Shown piece after piece: positions 1 through 12,200 of a DNA stretch of 64,000 bases. A model generated the notes under the pieces. That model was not told where the DNA came from. It worked only from the letters and a program-made list of their open reading frames with translations, and did no database searches. Every line of letters begins with the position of its first letter. Position 1 is the stretch's first letter. Made by a program: the position numbers and the translations under genes. The stretch comes from Lama glama (taxonomy: Eukaryota), in assembly GCA_028534125.1 (NCBI GenBank), contig CM052839.1, positions 12,958,001 to 13,022,000 of the forward strand, read 5' to 3'.

Positions 1-3000
1 CCTTATGTGCTACCCGTCTTCACCCGGCGTTTCGTCTGAGGAGAGGCAGGTGGGGCAAGGAGGGAAGTACCGCCTGGTGCTGGCAGCAGGGGTTGTTCAG
101 CCAGATACCTGGGACCTGGTTTTATTTCAGATTAACTTCTCTTCTGGGGTTTAGGTAGTTTAAGTGTTACAAAGCACCGACCTAAAAAGATTGTTTTTAA
201 TACAGTGTAGTATGTGTTTCCACACGTGCGTGCAGTTCAGTATCAGTACTTTAGAGACTGCTCTGCCCCCCGCCCCATGGCTGGCCAGCCGCCTGGCGGC
301 CGCTGCTGGGAACTAAGGGAGCGAGGGGCTCAGGGGAGTGTAGGGCCGGAGGGGTCCCTCCTCCATCAGGGCTGCCCCCCCACAGAAGGACAGGGAGGCT
401 GAGGAGGGGAGTGCGTGGGGAGCAGGAGCAGTGCCGGGGACATGGGGACCCGCGGGGAGGGCGTGCCTCCCCATGCAGGGCCGGGCTGCGTCTGTGCCCT
501 TGGGGGCCCTGGAGTCCAGGGCCTGCAGCCAGAGATGGTTTAAACAGGTTTCAGCTACTGATTTTTAACAATGGCTTTCTTCCTTATTACAAACTAGCAT
601 TTATAACGTTTATTTTTAGAAATTGTATGTATCACCATCAATTTTTTCAGTCCAGATAATGAACGTCAGGAGACAGTTTGATATTTATCATGCCTCCCCT
701 TTGCCAGTTAGCAGTGTGTTGCTTGTGATGATGGAGGAGAAAGTTTGAGCAGGAAGTTCTGTGTGACAGCGAGTGTCTCTGTTACGGTGAAACTTTGGTT
801 TTGTCTCCCGTCCTCTCCAGGGCACCGTCTCACCCCGTCTGTGGGCACCTGTCCTGTGGACCCCCCCCACCCCCCACCGTGGTGCTTTCTTCTCGCGTCC
901 TGTCCTGTGTGCCCACCCCTTCTCACCTGCAGAACTTAGGTCGTCCTTGTGCGCCCTCACGCTGACCTAAGCCTTAGGATGCTTGCCCCCAGGTGGGCTC
1001 GGTTCTGCCCTGGGCAGCCGTTCCAGCCGGCTAGTCCTGTTCACATTAGCTTTTACAGGATTATCTTGATTTTTCCTTGACTTTTAAATTTCTCTGGTGG
1101 TTTTACTGGGAGTTTGGGAGAGGAGGGAGTTAAAGGGTGGACTTAAACTACCATTCCGGACTAATAGAATCTTATCTCTGTTTCTTCATTGCTTGTGTCG
1201 AGACAGAGGGACAGTTCTTCGGGAGTCAGGTGGTGGTCGTTTCTGGGCGCTCTCCTGTGGCACTGAGTGACCGGAGCCCATGCTGGGTGAGCGCAGCAGC
1301 CATGAGGCCTGGGAGCAGAAGAGTAGCACCAGATCCCAGCTGGGACAGGCTCCTTCCAGCTGCTCCATTGACACTAGACTGTGAGGGAGGCGAGGGAAGG
1401 CGCAGGGAGGCCAGTGGGGGTTAGTTTCATGATTTCAGGGGCTTGGACTAGACTGTGGTGGGCTGGGGAGAACTGGTCAGTGTTTGGACATGTGTTTGGA
1501 GGTGAGGCCAGCAGGTTTTGCTGACAGCTTGATTGTGTGGGCACAAGGACAGTTAGCAGAGACAAGCCAAGTCTCGGCTTGTGGAGTTGCTGTGATGGGT
1601 GTGGCTGAAGGAAGAGAGGAGCTGATTTGGGGGGAAATCGGCACTTGCTGAACTTAAGTACCCGTTACACCCATCCACGTGGAGGTGTAAAGTGGGCAGT
1701 TCGATACAGGAGTCTCCAGTGTAGGAAGAAGATTTGGTTGGAAATAGAGAATTTGCTGTATAGAAAAAAATTTAGAAAGACTTTTTTTAAAAAAAAAAAG
1801 CATGTTTACAAGTTAAGAATTCTTCAGTCAGCGTTTTACCCTGGTGGATACGGAAACCCACTGACTTGAACCTGCTTTGCCGCTCCGTTATCCAGTCAGG
1901 TCTGAGTCAGCAGGGACTCTCCCCCGGTAACCCCGGTGCCGGGGGAGCAGATTTACCCCCGGCTGTAGGCCTGGGCTCCACCGAGGTTGTGCTCTGTCCT
2001 TACGTTTGTGTTTGATTGCGTCTCCCCCCACCCCCCCGCCCCACTCCCAGCCTCTCTCCTGTAGGAAGGAATTTTTATTTAGCAGGTGAATATGTAGTGT
2101 GCTGTTGGCTGAGAGATTCCACATCTGTGAGGTTGGATTTTTCACCTGCTCTTGCCTTAAGGAAACTTGCGTATCATTTACTCAGAAACTGAGCTTTACT
2201 TTTAGGATCATAGGGAAATGAGAGATAATCATACTTCTGTTACAGCTGTCTTCCAAGATGATTGTTGGCAAAAGCTTTAACTCTTCTCTCAAAATTCTGT
2301 TAGCTACTGCCCAAACCATGTTTACCGTTGGCATTGTTGGCCTCCTGTGACGGGGCTGAGTGGGGTTCTTCATCAGTTTTAGTTGAAGCAGCGAATGCGT
2401 ATCTGAGGTTGAGGGTCAAAAGCCACTCTTCAGTGTTAGTATTTGGCATCCAGAAATAGAAATAACATGCCAAGTGGTAATTTGATTCTATGTATAACAT
2501 TTTTGTTACAAGAATTCTGTCTTACTTTCCAGCATAAACTCCCATCTGATAAGTCTGTCCCTATGCAGATAAAATGACTGTGGTCCCTGCTAGTCATTGT
2601 TAGAAACCGCAGTCTTCATTTTCAGATACTTGATTACTTTCCCCGACAATTTATACTCCTCCATGCTGCCAACGTCTTACCTGTTAAGTATGCCGTCGTG
2701 TTTTTAGTCCCCAGAGGGGTCCAGAATGCACAAACTTACGTAAATGGAGCAGTTGTTGAAGTTGGACAACTCTCTGACTAAACTGTTGGCTCTACACGGG
2801 TTAGAAAGGATGATTTAGAGAGGTTACACAGCTGGGGAAAGCTGTAGACGCCCAGAGGCCTTGTGTGTCTGTGACAGCCTGGACGTGCCCTTCATGTGGT
2901 GGGCCTTGGCCTCCACCCTGCGCGAGCGGGAGCAGCGACACGCCGCGGGCCACGGCAGCGTGAGTGCGCACGTGTGTGTGTGTGCGCACAGCCGGGGGCG

Positions 3001-6000
3001 GGGGTATGGCCGCTGCCTCCCACCTTCCACCAGGAGGGGTTTTTGGTGATTGACAGCTTTCACTCTTGGGGAAAGTAGTCTCAAACTCAGGTGGTTTAAA
3101 GGCATTAGTTATTAATATGTTTTGATAAGATTGGCATAAGATGTTTTCTGTTTACTGCCTGAAGTACCGTTAACAAAAGCACTTGGTGGCTGAAGTAGCC
3201 CTTCATCCTTTCTGTCTCACATGCGTGGTTAACCAGCTACTTGTTCTTAAATTTAATCTTTCCGTTTCTTGGCAACTTCATCGTCTGCTGAGTGGAAATT
3301 CATTTATCTGCTTTCCGAAGACTTGAGCACTTTAACGAATAGAAGCAGAATGTGTGAATGTTAGGTGCCCAGTGGGACGCAGTGGCAGTACATCGCAGCA
3401 TAGACTGCTGTTTGCTCTTGCTCTAGAGGGCCCTGCCGCAACTGATCTCATTCTCCGTTTACCGTCATGAAATACATGTAACTTGCACTTTTTTAGTTGG
3501 AATTTTCATTTTGCTTTATAATGTGCCCTGGCATTCATAGTGAATAGCTTACTGTTTAACAGAAATGTTTCATATTAGAAGAGCCTCCCTAACAGATGAA
3601 ACTTTCTTTATTGACTATTAAGTGTTGGGCTTAAGGAGGGAGAGACCTGGACAGGAAGCTGTTGGGAGCGCCTGTGTCTCTCAGGGGACCCTTGAAGAGT
3701 TTCCTCTTGAAACCACGGGCTTTTGCCCTAGCCAGCCCGCTGACAGGGCTGAGGGACATGGGCTGTAGCCCCTGTCCTGGACCACGGGGACCCCGGGCCA
3801 TGGGGACCAGCACTTTTCCTCAGAGGTCTGCCTGAAACAGCAGCAGTTCCCGCCACTGCTTGTTAAACCCAGAGGCTGTTCCTTCCTCTGCTCAGTGTCA
3901 GCGGCAGGCATCACTGTGGGTCCTGGTGTGCGTCTGCCCCGGTGGGTGCTCCCTGGCCCCACTCCCTTGCACCCCCTTCCACTCACTGCTGCAGGTGGTG
4001 CCTGGCTGAGCGAAGGGCTCTGTCTAGAGGCGTCACTCCCTTCTCCAGGCCCCGTCCAACTGCTTCTCCACTTTCTCCAGGTTATTGCCTCTCTCCGCAG
4101 AGCTGGGAGCTGTTTCAGAGGGGGCCCTGCCCTCTCCCTCCCCTGGACTGGTGAAGCCACTGCTCCAACTGCCTCTCAGTCCCAGCCCCACGGAGGGGGA
4201 GGACGGTCTGCTTGGCTGGCTTCAGGCAGCCGGGAATGTGAGGGTGGCTTACGTTCTTCCAAACCTTGATTGGCATTAGAAGCAGAAAGGTGTTGGGGGA
4301 TAGAATTATATGTACTGCCCAAGTCTAAGGGACTCCTCGTCTCCGGCTGTATTGACACCTTGCCGCCATTTCCTGGGGGCTATGAACTGTTCTCTGGTTA
4401 AGCCCACTTGCTAGACAGAGGGCAGAGTGTGTCAGTGGTCGTCCACCTTGTCAGCTCAGTGACAGATGGTAGGGGCGAAACAGGTCTGGTGCCCACTGTG
4501 CTGTGTGCTGGGCAGCCGGAGATGAAGAAAACATTCCTGTGTGTGAAGCAGAGCATGGTTGGAGAGTGCAGGTTGGAAGCCTTCCTGATTTCTTCGTTTT
4601 CTCGGGTGATAATATGTGCTGATGAGAGAAAGAAGCTGGCACTTTGCCAGGGCGAGACGCTGGGAGGGTCAGGTAAGGCGGGTGAGTGGACCCTGGTATT
4701 GAAACAGTTTAGCAGAGGGTGGACTGAAATGGTGGCTCTAGTTCTTTACGGACTCTGAGAATTTCCTGGAATAAAGGGATCAGAGGTCGCGAAGACAAAA
4801 CGCAGGCTTGGCCACAGTGGAAATGAAGGGTGAGTGGGGCATAGTGGTGGTGGGTGGGAGACTGTGGATCTTGGCGGTGAGGACACACCCACTGATGGAG
4901 GCGGTGCCCTGTGGGGCGCAGTGGGCGTGGCCGGGGCGCCTCGCACGGGACTAGTGTTGGCAGAAAAGGCACCGACGGGCGTAAAGAGCCTCGTGGTCAG
5001 GTTGTCCTTGTGCTACCCGGCGTCTTCCGAAAGTCAGTCCTGCGCCGGAGGGCGGAGGGCGTCGAGGGAGGTTTGTGAGAGCTGTGGAAGGAAGCACCTG
5101 TGAAACGCTGCAGCTCATCCGTGTTCAGAAGCGGCGTAGGGAGCAGGGAGGGCGCGGATTCCTCTTCCTTGCACCGGGGCCAGCAGGCGGCGGAAGGTGG
5201 GGCCTCTTGGGGAGGCCGGGAAGGCCTCTGTCACTTTGCAGAAGCAGCTAGGTTTTAGTCTGGGTAAGTGAGTGAAAGACTTTGAGCTGCTGTGAAGAAT
5301 CAGCAAGTTTTGCTTTGTTGGGGGTTGGGAGGAGGTGCACACGGGCCGGCCGTGCGTGTCCTGATGAGTGCGTTTCAGTCCTGTTCGGTCAGACGTCTTG
5401 ATTTCTTAATTAAACAAAAATGGTAATTCTCGACACAAACTCAATTTCACTTTTGTCTTTTAGAGTCATAGTTTGTTCAAATGAGACTCAAAGATCAGGA
5501 GTCCACAATTTTAGTGTCTTCTGGCCTGTCTGTACACATATTGACAGTTACACAGTTGTTAACAGCTTAGACATTCTTGAGTGTTTTACTTTTTGCTCTA
5601 TGTTACTCTTAGTATTTTTCCAAATTGCTTTGGTCTTGATAATGACCACAGCCATCTATTATTCCATTAAATGAATGTTGCCCTAAAGGAGTAAAAGCAT
5701 GCAGATGTTTCTTGTAGTAGTACCCACATTGAGGGAAAAATTGGGAACATAGTAAGTGTCTAACACTAGTAGGGATGGTTTGATAAATTAGAGTTCATCA
5801 GATTTCAAGCTAGAATTGAAATGCTTGAGTGACAGATTAGATGTGGGAATTACAAAAAGACAGTACCATCCTTAGATTTCTAAGTGCAGTCTTAACATTT
5901 CATTTCCATGATGGGTCCAGGCACTGTGAGTGTACGCGTGTGGCCTTTTAAGCAACACATATAGACAATATTAAAGATTGTTAGACTGATTTTTAATACA

Positions 6001-6100
6001 TGATCCTTGATTACATTGCAGATGATTAATATGTTAGTTGGATATTAAATTTTTGTGTAGATATTTATTATTCATCATTACAATTTGAGGAGGATTCCTT

Positions 6101-6232
6101 NNNNNNNNNNNNNNNNNNNNNNNNNNNNNNNNNNNNNNNNNNNNNNNNNNNNNNNNNNNNNNNNNNNNNNNNNNNNNNNNNNNNNNNNNNNNNNNNNNNN
6201 NNNNNNNNNNNNNNNNNNNNNNNNNNNNNNNN
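6101..6232. other. Assembly gap (132 N) covering the acceptor and most of exon 15
   Basis: Run of N. Confidence 1.
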
Positions 6233-6264
6233 GAAGAAGAAAAAGATGAAAAGGAGGACTCTAA
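6233..6264 (+). CDS. NCOR1: NCOR1 exon 15, 3' end only ([11 protein letters not shown]); 5' part lies in the N-gap
   Basis: gaa gaa gaa aaa gat gaa aag gag gac tct aa|gtgagt; phase 2 matches the next exon. Confidence 0.92.
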
Positions 6265-9200
6265 GTGAGTTAAATAATTAAATGTTGTAGTTATTTTTAA
6301 GTAATGAGATTAAACCTTATTGGAGGTATAACATTTTAGATAAAAGAATCAATGGGGTGTGTGTTGTGACCGTCTGATAGTTACCTGATGTAATTAAGGA
6401 ACGGAATATTCCAGGACGTAGAACTTTTGACTTAATGGACTGACTGCCAGACACGAGCTACTGCTTTTCAGAAGAGCTGGCTGCAGTAGTGGGCACTGTC
6501 GTGGAGAGACACTGAATATGATTTAATCTTTGATTCAGACGGTACCTCGGGATCTTGTTTTTGAATCTCAAGTAGTATACATTAGTGCAAAAATGCTGAT
6601 AAATGGTTTTAATTTATATAATGCCTTACAGTCCAGCTTCGTTGACTTCATTTTCCATGTAAAGTTGACTTTCTGGTTTGTTTGTGGTGGTGGTTACTGT
6701 TTTCCTGGCTATAAAAGTAATTCGTACTCAGTTTAGAAAGTCAGGAAAAGAGGGCAAAATACAAAGAAAATTAACCTGTGACCCTGCCTCTCAGAGTCGG
6801 CTACTGCTGGTGCCTTTGTGTATGTACTCTGCTGGGGTTGGGGGTCCCTCAGCCCCTGGTGTGTTAGTTTTTCCTTCCAGGATCAGCTTCATTGAGGCAT
6901 CGTTTGCATAGAGTAAATTTCAGCAGTTGTAAGTGTACATGCTGATGCATTTTGACAAGTGTATGCACTGGTGTGACCATCACAGTCATGACTTAGAGCG
7001 TTTCCGTCACCCCGGGACGTCCCCCAGTGCTCCCTCGCGCTGGCTTCCCTCCGCCCGGTCCCAGCCCCTGGTGACGGCTGATCTGCTTTGCCTTTTCTAG
7101 AGTTTCACATGAGCGGAGTCACACAGCAGGTCGGTCTCCTGTGGTGTCACTGCTTTTACGTAGCACGCGTCCGAGAGCCGTACAGGCTATTGCTCGTGTT
7201 AGCGGTTTGCTTCTTTTTAATATTTATTGCGTTATTTCTGTAATCCTCTTGGAGATCATGAAGGTCTGTGTCAGAGCCTAAATCACTTGACGTGGTTTTT
7301 AAGAGAGTTGGATACTCATGCCATTCTAATTTTCTGCTTTAGGAAGATGATCGCTATTAAAATTTTTTTTTTTAAGTCAGGTTAAACCTTTATCCTCCCA
7401 CATGGTCCGTGGGTTCTGGTCATATGGAACCGTCATCTCTTGATTTTACTATTTTCTTAAAATCTCTTAATTTATTTAACAAACACTCATTTATCACTGA
7501 CACGAGCTGGGGCTTATGGAGGATGCAGAAATGCGTAAGATGCACGCTGTTCCTGGGTAGCTTATGATCTAGTAAGGAAATTAGGCCAGATACGGGTACT
7601 CTTTAAGCAAAAGAAAAGAGCCTGGAAGAAATGGCTGGAACCAGTAAAGCACGTGAGGAGATTGCGGGGAGGCCGAGGTTCACCTGTGCCACCTGGACAG
7701 CGTGGAGGACGTCACGCGGGAGCTGGAGGATCGTGTGGGCAGAGCAGAGGGAGCAGTGTGGGCGGATAGGCCTCTTTGAGAAATCGCGGGTGATGGTTTC
7801 ATTGGACTGGAACGTGGGTGCCTGAAGAAGAGAAGTGGAAGGTGGGCGGGGGTTCGTCTGTGTAAAGCCTGAATGAACACCCACGTGTAGACTCCACTGA
7901 GGAGTCCTTGTGGCCCCATTGGTGAGGGGAGGCAAGACTGGAATGGGTGAAGGGGTTTATTGCCAGGCTTTCTGCTATAATACTGATCTGTTAGCAGCAC
8001 AGAACGGATGGAGCGGAGGTGTGAATCGGGCGGCTGTGCTGGGATGGTGGATGGGGGACAAAGGTCCTGCACAGGCACGGGGGTAGTGGGGAGCAGAGGC
8101 AGAGTGGTGAGGTGCAGTGAGCAGAATGTGGCACTGGTCCACACAGGAAGTAAAGAAGGAGGGGAAGAGCTGGAGGTGCTGTCAGGTCTGTGAAGGGAGT
8201 GGTTATGAGCAGCATGGTGCCGTTCGTATCAGATGAGGGGCAGGAAGCAGGGGTGAGGAGGAGCCTGTTTTGGGAGGGTTCAGTTTGTACTGATGGGAAG
8301 TCCAAGTGCCTGAGAGAGAGCGTGGTTTTATTCAGTTTGTATTGAAGAGTTTTCAAAGCTGTAATCTTTGAGGTATGTGCACTTCTGAATCACAGAAGTT
8401 CCGTTCGCTGTTTTTACTAGAGAAAACCCCAAGGAGAAGGACAAGACCGATGGTGCAGCAGAAGAGACTGAGGAGAGGGAGCAGGCCACGCCCCGGGGGC
8501 GGAAGACGGCCAACAGTCAGGGCCGCCGCAAGGGCCGGGTCACCAGGTCCATGACCAACGAGGCTGCTGCCGCCAGCGCTGCAGCCGCCGCGGCCACCGA
8601 GGAGCCCCCGCCGCCTCTGCCACCGCCACCAGAGCCCAGTGAGTGCACGAGACGAGCGAGCGGGCCGTGGCTTTGTGTGGGGTTCCGTCTCAGCGCTGGG
8701 GTGAGGCGACAGGGACCCCTGGCACTGACAGCCTGGAAATACTGGTCTGAAACCCTGGCCTTGAATGTGTTGGACTTTGACGTCAGAACCTTCGAGAAAG
8801 AGCGTCAGCCCAGGCCTGCTGCACTCGCATAGCTGGTTCTCTCGGACTGGGCTGTAACCCTAGTGTGCGTGCTGCTTGGCTCCCTTCTGCTCCAGCTTGG
8901 CATGTGGGTGTTTCCTAGTTTCTCAGCGACCTCTTGTTCACTTTTTGGTGGCTGTGCAATGTCACCATTGTTTCTTCTAAGGCACGATTTCTTGAGCCAT
9001 TCCTTGTTGCTGAGTGAGTTGGTTGTCCCCCCCCCCTTAAACTAATAACAGATAGCACTGTAATGAAAAAACTTTATTCACATAGCATTTTCCTTCTTTT
9101 AAGTTATTTTTCACAGGAATAAATTCTTAGACAAGGGAATACTGCGTCTGAAAGTCCAGGCGTTTTTCTCTCTCACTAAGGATCGTCTTGGTAGTTTGTA

Positions 9201-12200
9201 GAGAGATCATGTTAATGATGAGGACCACCAGTGGTCCCAGTTTATCATAACGTGAAGCACAAGAGAAGACGCAGGTTCTGGGAGCAACAAGGATGGATGG
9301 GAGAGATGATTAGACAGGCAGGTGGGGGCAGCTTGCGGAGGGCTTTGTTTGAATTATATCCTGCTTTGCTGACAGAGCAGCGAGCTCACAGAGGTGTTTA
9401 AATAGAGGATCTGTCACTAGACTGCTCTTTCAGAAGAATAGCCCTGGTGCCCGCGTGCAGGTGAGGTCAGAGTGGGGCTGGAGGCGGCGGGCCTGCCGAA
9501 CGGCGGTGTTGTGCTCGCCGAGGCCCGGCGAGCAGGGCTGTCTCAGGAGGGTGGATGGGAGGGAGGATGTGAAAGTCAGTCTGAGCGCCTGCCTGGTGGG
9601 TGGTCACGCTGTTACTTGTGAGGGGAAGACAGCAGGGGCTCGGTTCAGGGCTGATAACCTCAGTTTTCTTTCTGTAGTGAAGAGGAAGTGTTCAGTTTGT
9701 GGTCCCTCTTTTCACTGGATGCAGCGTTACACAACACAGAGAGAGTGCTGAGGGTGTGGGGTGTGGGGTCCCCCTCTAGTTTGGCGAGGGAGGGGCTGAG
9801 ACGCTCCTGTTTCCGCAGTTTCCTTCCCCTAAAGCTTTAAACAGGCTTCATGTCCCACGAACAGCTTACAGCTTGCGTGGTTGGTGTGTCATGATTGATA
9901 ATGAAGGCTTACCTTGGTTTTCCCCTGCCTCACTGAGCGCTCTCTGTTTCAGTCTCTGCGGAACCTGTAGAAACCTCCCGGTGGACAGAAGAGGAGATGG
10001 AAGTTGCTAAGAAAGGTAAATGATAGTAGTCCGGGTTCCTCAGGGCTGTTTTTTTCTTTAGGGTAATTAGTAATGAACGAGGCAGAACTAATGGCTTTTT
10101 AGTTGGAAAAAAAGAGAAGCCCTTCCACAGTGATAAATAGAACTCAGGAGTGTACTTACTGCTTTTTGGTGGTGTGACACCCTGTAAGGTCCCCCAGCGG
10201 GCCTTGCTTAAGAGGCCCACTTCTGAGGAATTTAAGATTCTCTTTCATTTTATTTTGTGTGTTTTATTAGAGAGCAAGCAAGCCGTTTTTGGTTTTTCAG
10301 AACAGTTGTGATTCAATGCTATTAAAGTTGTTCTGGAAGACGTTGATATAAAAAGTCTTTATTATTGAAGTTGCATTTAATAGAACGATAGATACTTTCT
10401 CAGTTTGATTTTGGTAAGGCGTTTGACTATAAACCGCTGGGGGATTGCACTGCGGTCTGGAGGAGAGAGCATGAACTTTGTAACCAGACAGACGAAGGTT
10501 GATTCCATCCTGCCTCTGACACGTCCACGGCTGACGCTTCATCTTACTCTGCAGCATTAGAGTTTCCTGCTGTTGCTCATAAATGTCACACAAATTGAAG
10601 TTGAACTAAAATTCCTAATAGGATAAGTAATTGTTTTATAACTAAAAATAATTTATTTTTAAAGTAGAATAACCTTGGGAAGATTAACCAACTCCTTAGG
10701 GGTTGAGGATTTCCCTTGTAGTTCTAGAGAGAAGTTACTGCAAACAGCTTGATCTTTTAGTGACACACTTCAGGTTTATTTTCTATTTAGCAATAACGTA
10801 TTTCTATTAGTGATACATTTGAGAATCGTATGAACCACCTTTGTCAAAAATACAGCAGTTTGAAGTGTTCTGTCTTCAAAATACTTTTATTTGAGGTTTA
10901 TTTGCCGCGATTGGCAAGTTTGTGGTGGTTGTGGTCACATGTGTTGTTCTCACCCATTCATCACAGTGTCGTGGTGAAGTAAGCAGACGCCAGCTCTGTC
11001 TAGGGCTCTCGTTCAGGTAGCTGCCCCTCCCTGGGACTGCTCAGTGTCCATACTTCATTCTTACTCATACATCAGGCAGGATCTGGAAGTGATCCTCCAA
11101 TTACCATTATTAAGGAAGCTGCTTCTGTTCACCTTGAAAAACTGATGTTTTCCCATCAGTTATTAAAGTTGTACTGGAAATTCCTGCTTGGATACGCCTA
11201 CATCTGAAGTATGTCTCTGTGTATATGCATTTATGTTCCCATGCTCCTTGCACATACACGTGTGCATAAATGTATTATTTGATGAAAGGAATGTCAGATT
11301 GCATAGGTTTCTGTGATGCTTTGTATTGCAACAATTATTATGTTTTTGAACTGGTTAATATTTTTGAGGGCATCCCTTGACTGAATGGACTGAAGACATG
11401 CTGATTATAAATGGAGCCCTAAGTATATCTTTAGTTTGTGTTAATCACTTATATTTGATTACCTAATTAACTTTGTATTGATATACTGGTTCCAAAGATT
11501 TAGCAGGACCTAGGCCCTCGGTTTACAGGGTTTGAGCTGTTACTGTGTGTCTGCCGCCGGCCCCGCCCTCGGGAGATGGGTGACAAGGGTAAGCCCTCCA
11601 TTAATGAGCACACGTTCCCTTTGGGTAGGAAAGTAGAGCTGCTTATGAGTCTTGTGTCCGTTTACGTTTCAGTAAGTACTGAAGTGTATCGATAAGTAAT
11701 TGAAGACGCACTCTTAGTGTCAGTGATCCTGAACGTGGCGATTGATTCTGTTATCTTTCTCGCTTGCTTTATCAAATGAGTGTTCAACTAATGTTTGGTC
11801 TGGTCTTGAAACACAGGTCTAGTAGAACATGGTCGTAACTGGGCAGCAATCGCCAAAATGGTGGGAACGAAAAGTGAAGCCCAGTGCAAAAACTTCTATT
11901 TCAACTATAAAAGGCGACATAACCTTGACAACCTCTTGCAGCAGCATAAGCAGAAAGTGAGTATGTCAGAGGTGGGGGGTCTTTCATGTACTGCTTTTTA
12001 CTTAAACGGGTTTTTTAGCTTCGGAGAGTGGTTTTGAGTTACATTTTTTTATGTTGTATTTTTATTAGTTGCATCTTCCTATAAAGGGTTTGCTGTGTCT
12101 TGGCACAAACTGACTGTTTGGCTTGTTTGTTTGTTTGCTTTTGATGGAGGTGCTGGGGACTGAACCCAGGACCTCGTGCCTGCTGAGCATGTGCTCTGCC

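Noticed and set aside
2160-2700. AT-rich block with minus-strand ORFs in intron 14, a possible pseudogene or hidden exon
   Set aside because: I could not recognise any protein or repeat family or a convincing pair of splice sites, so it is left uncalled.
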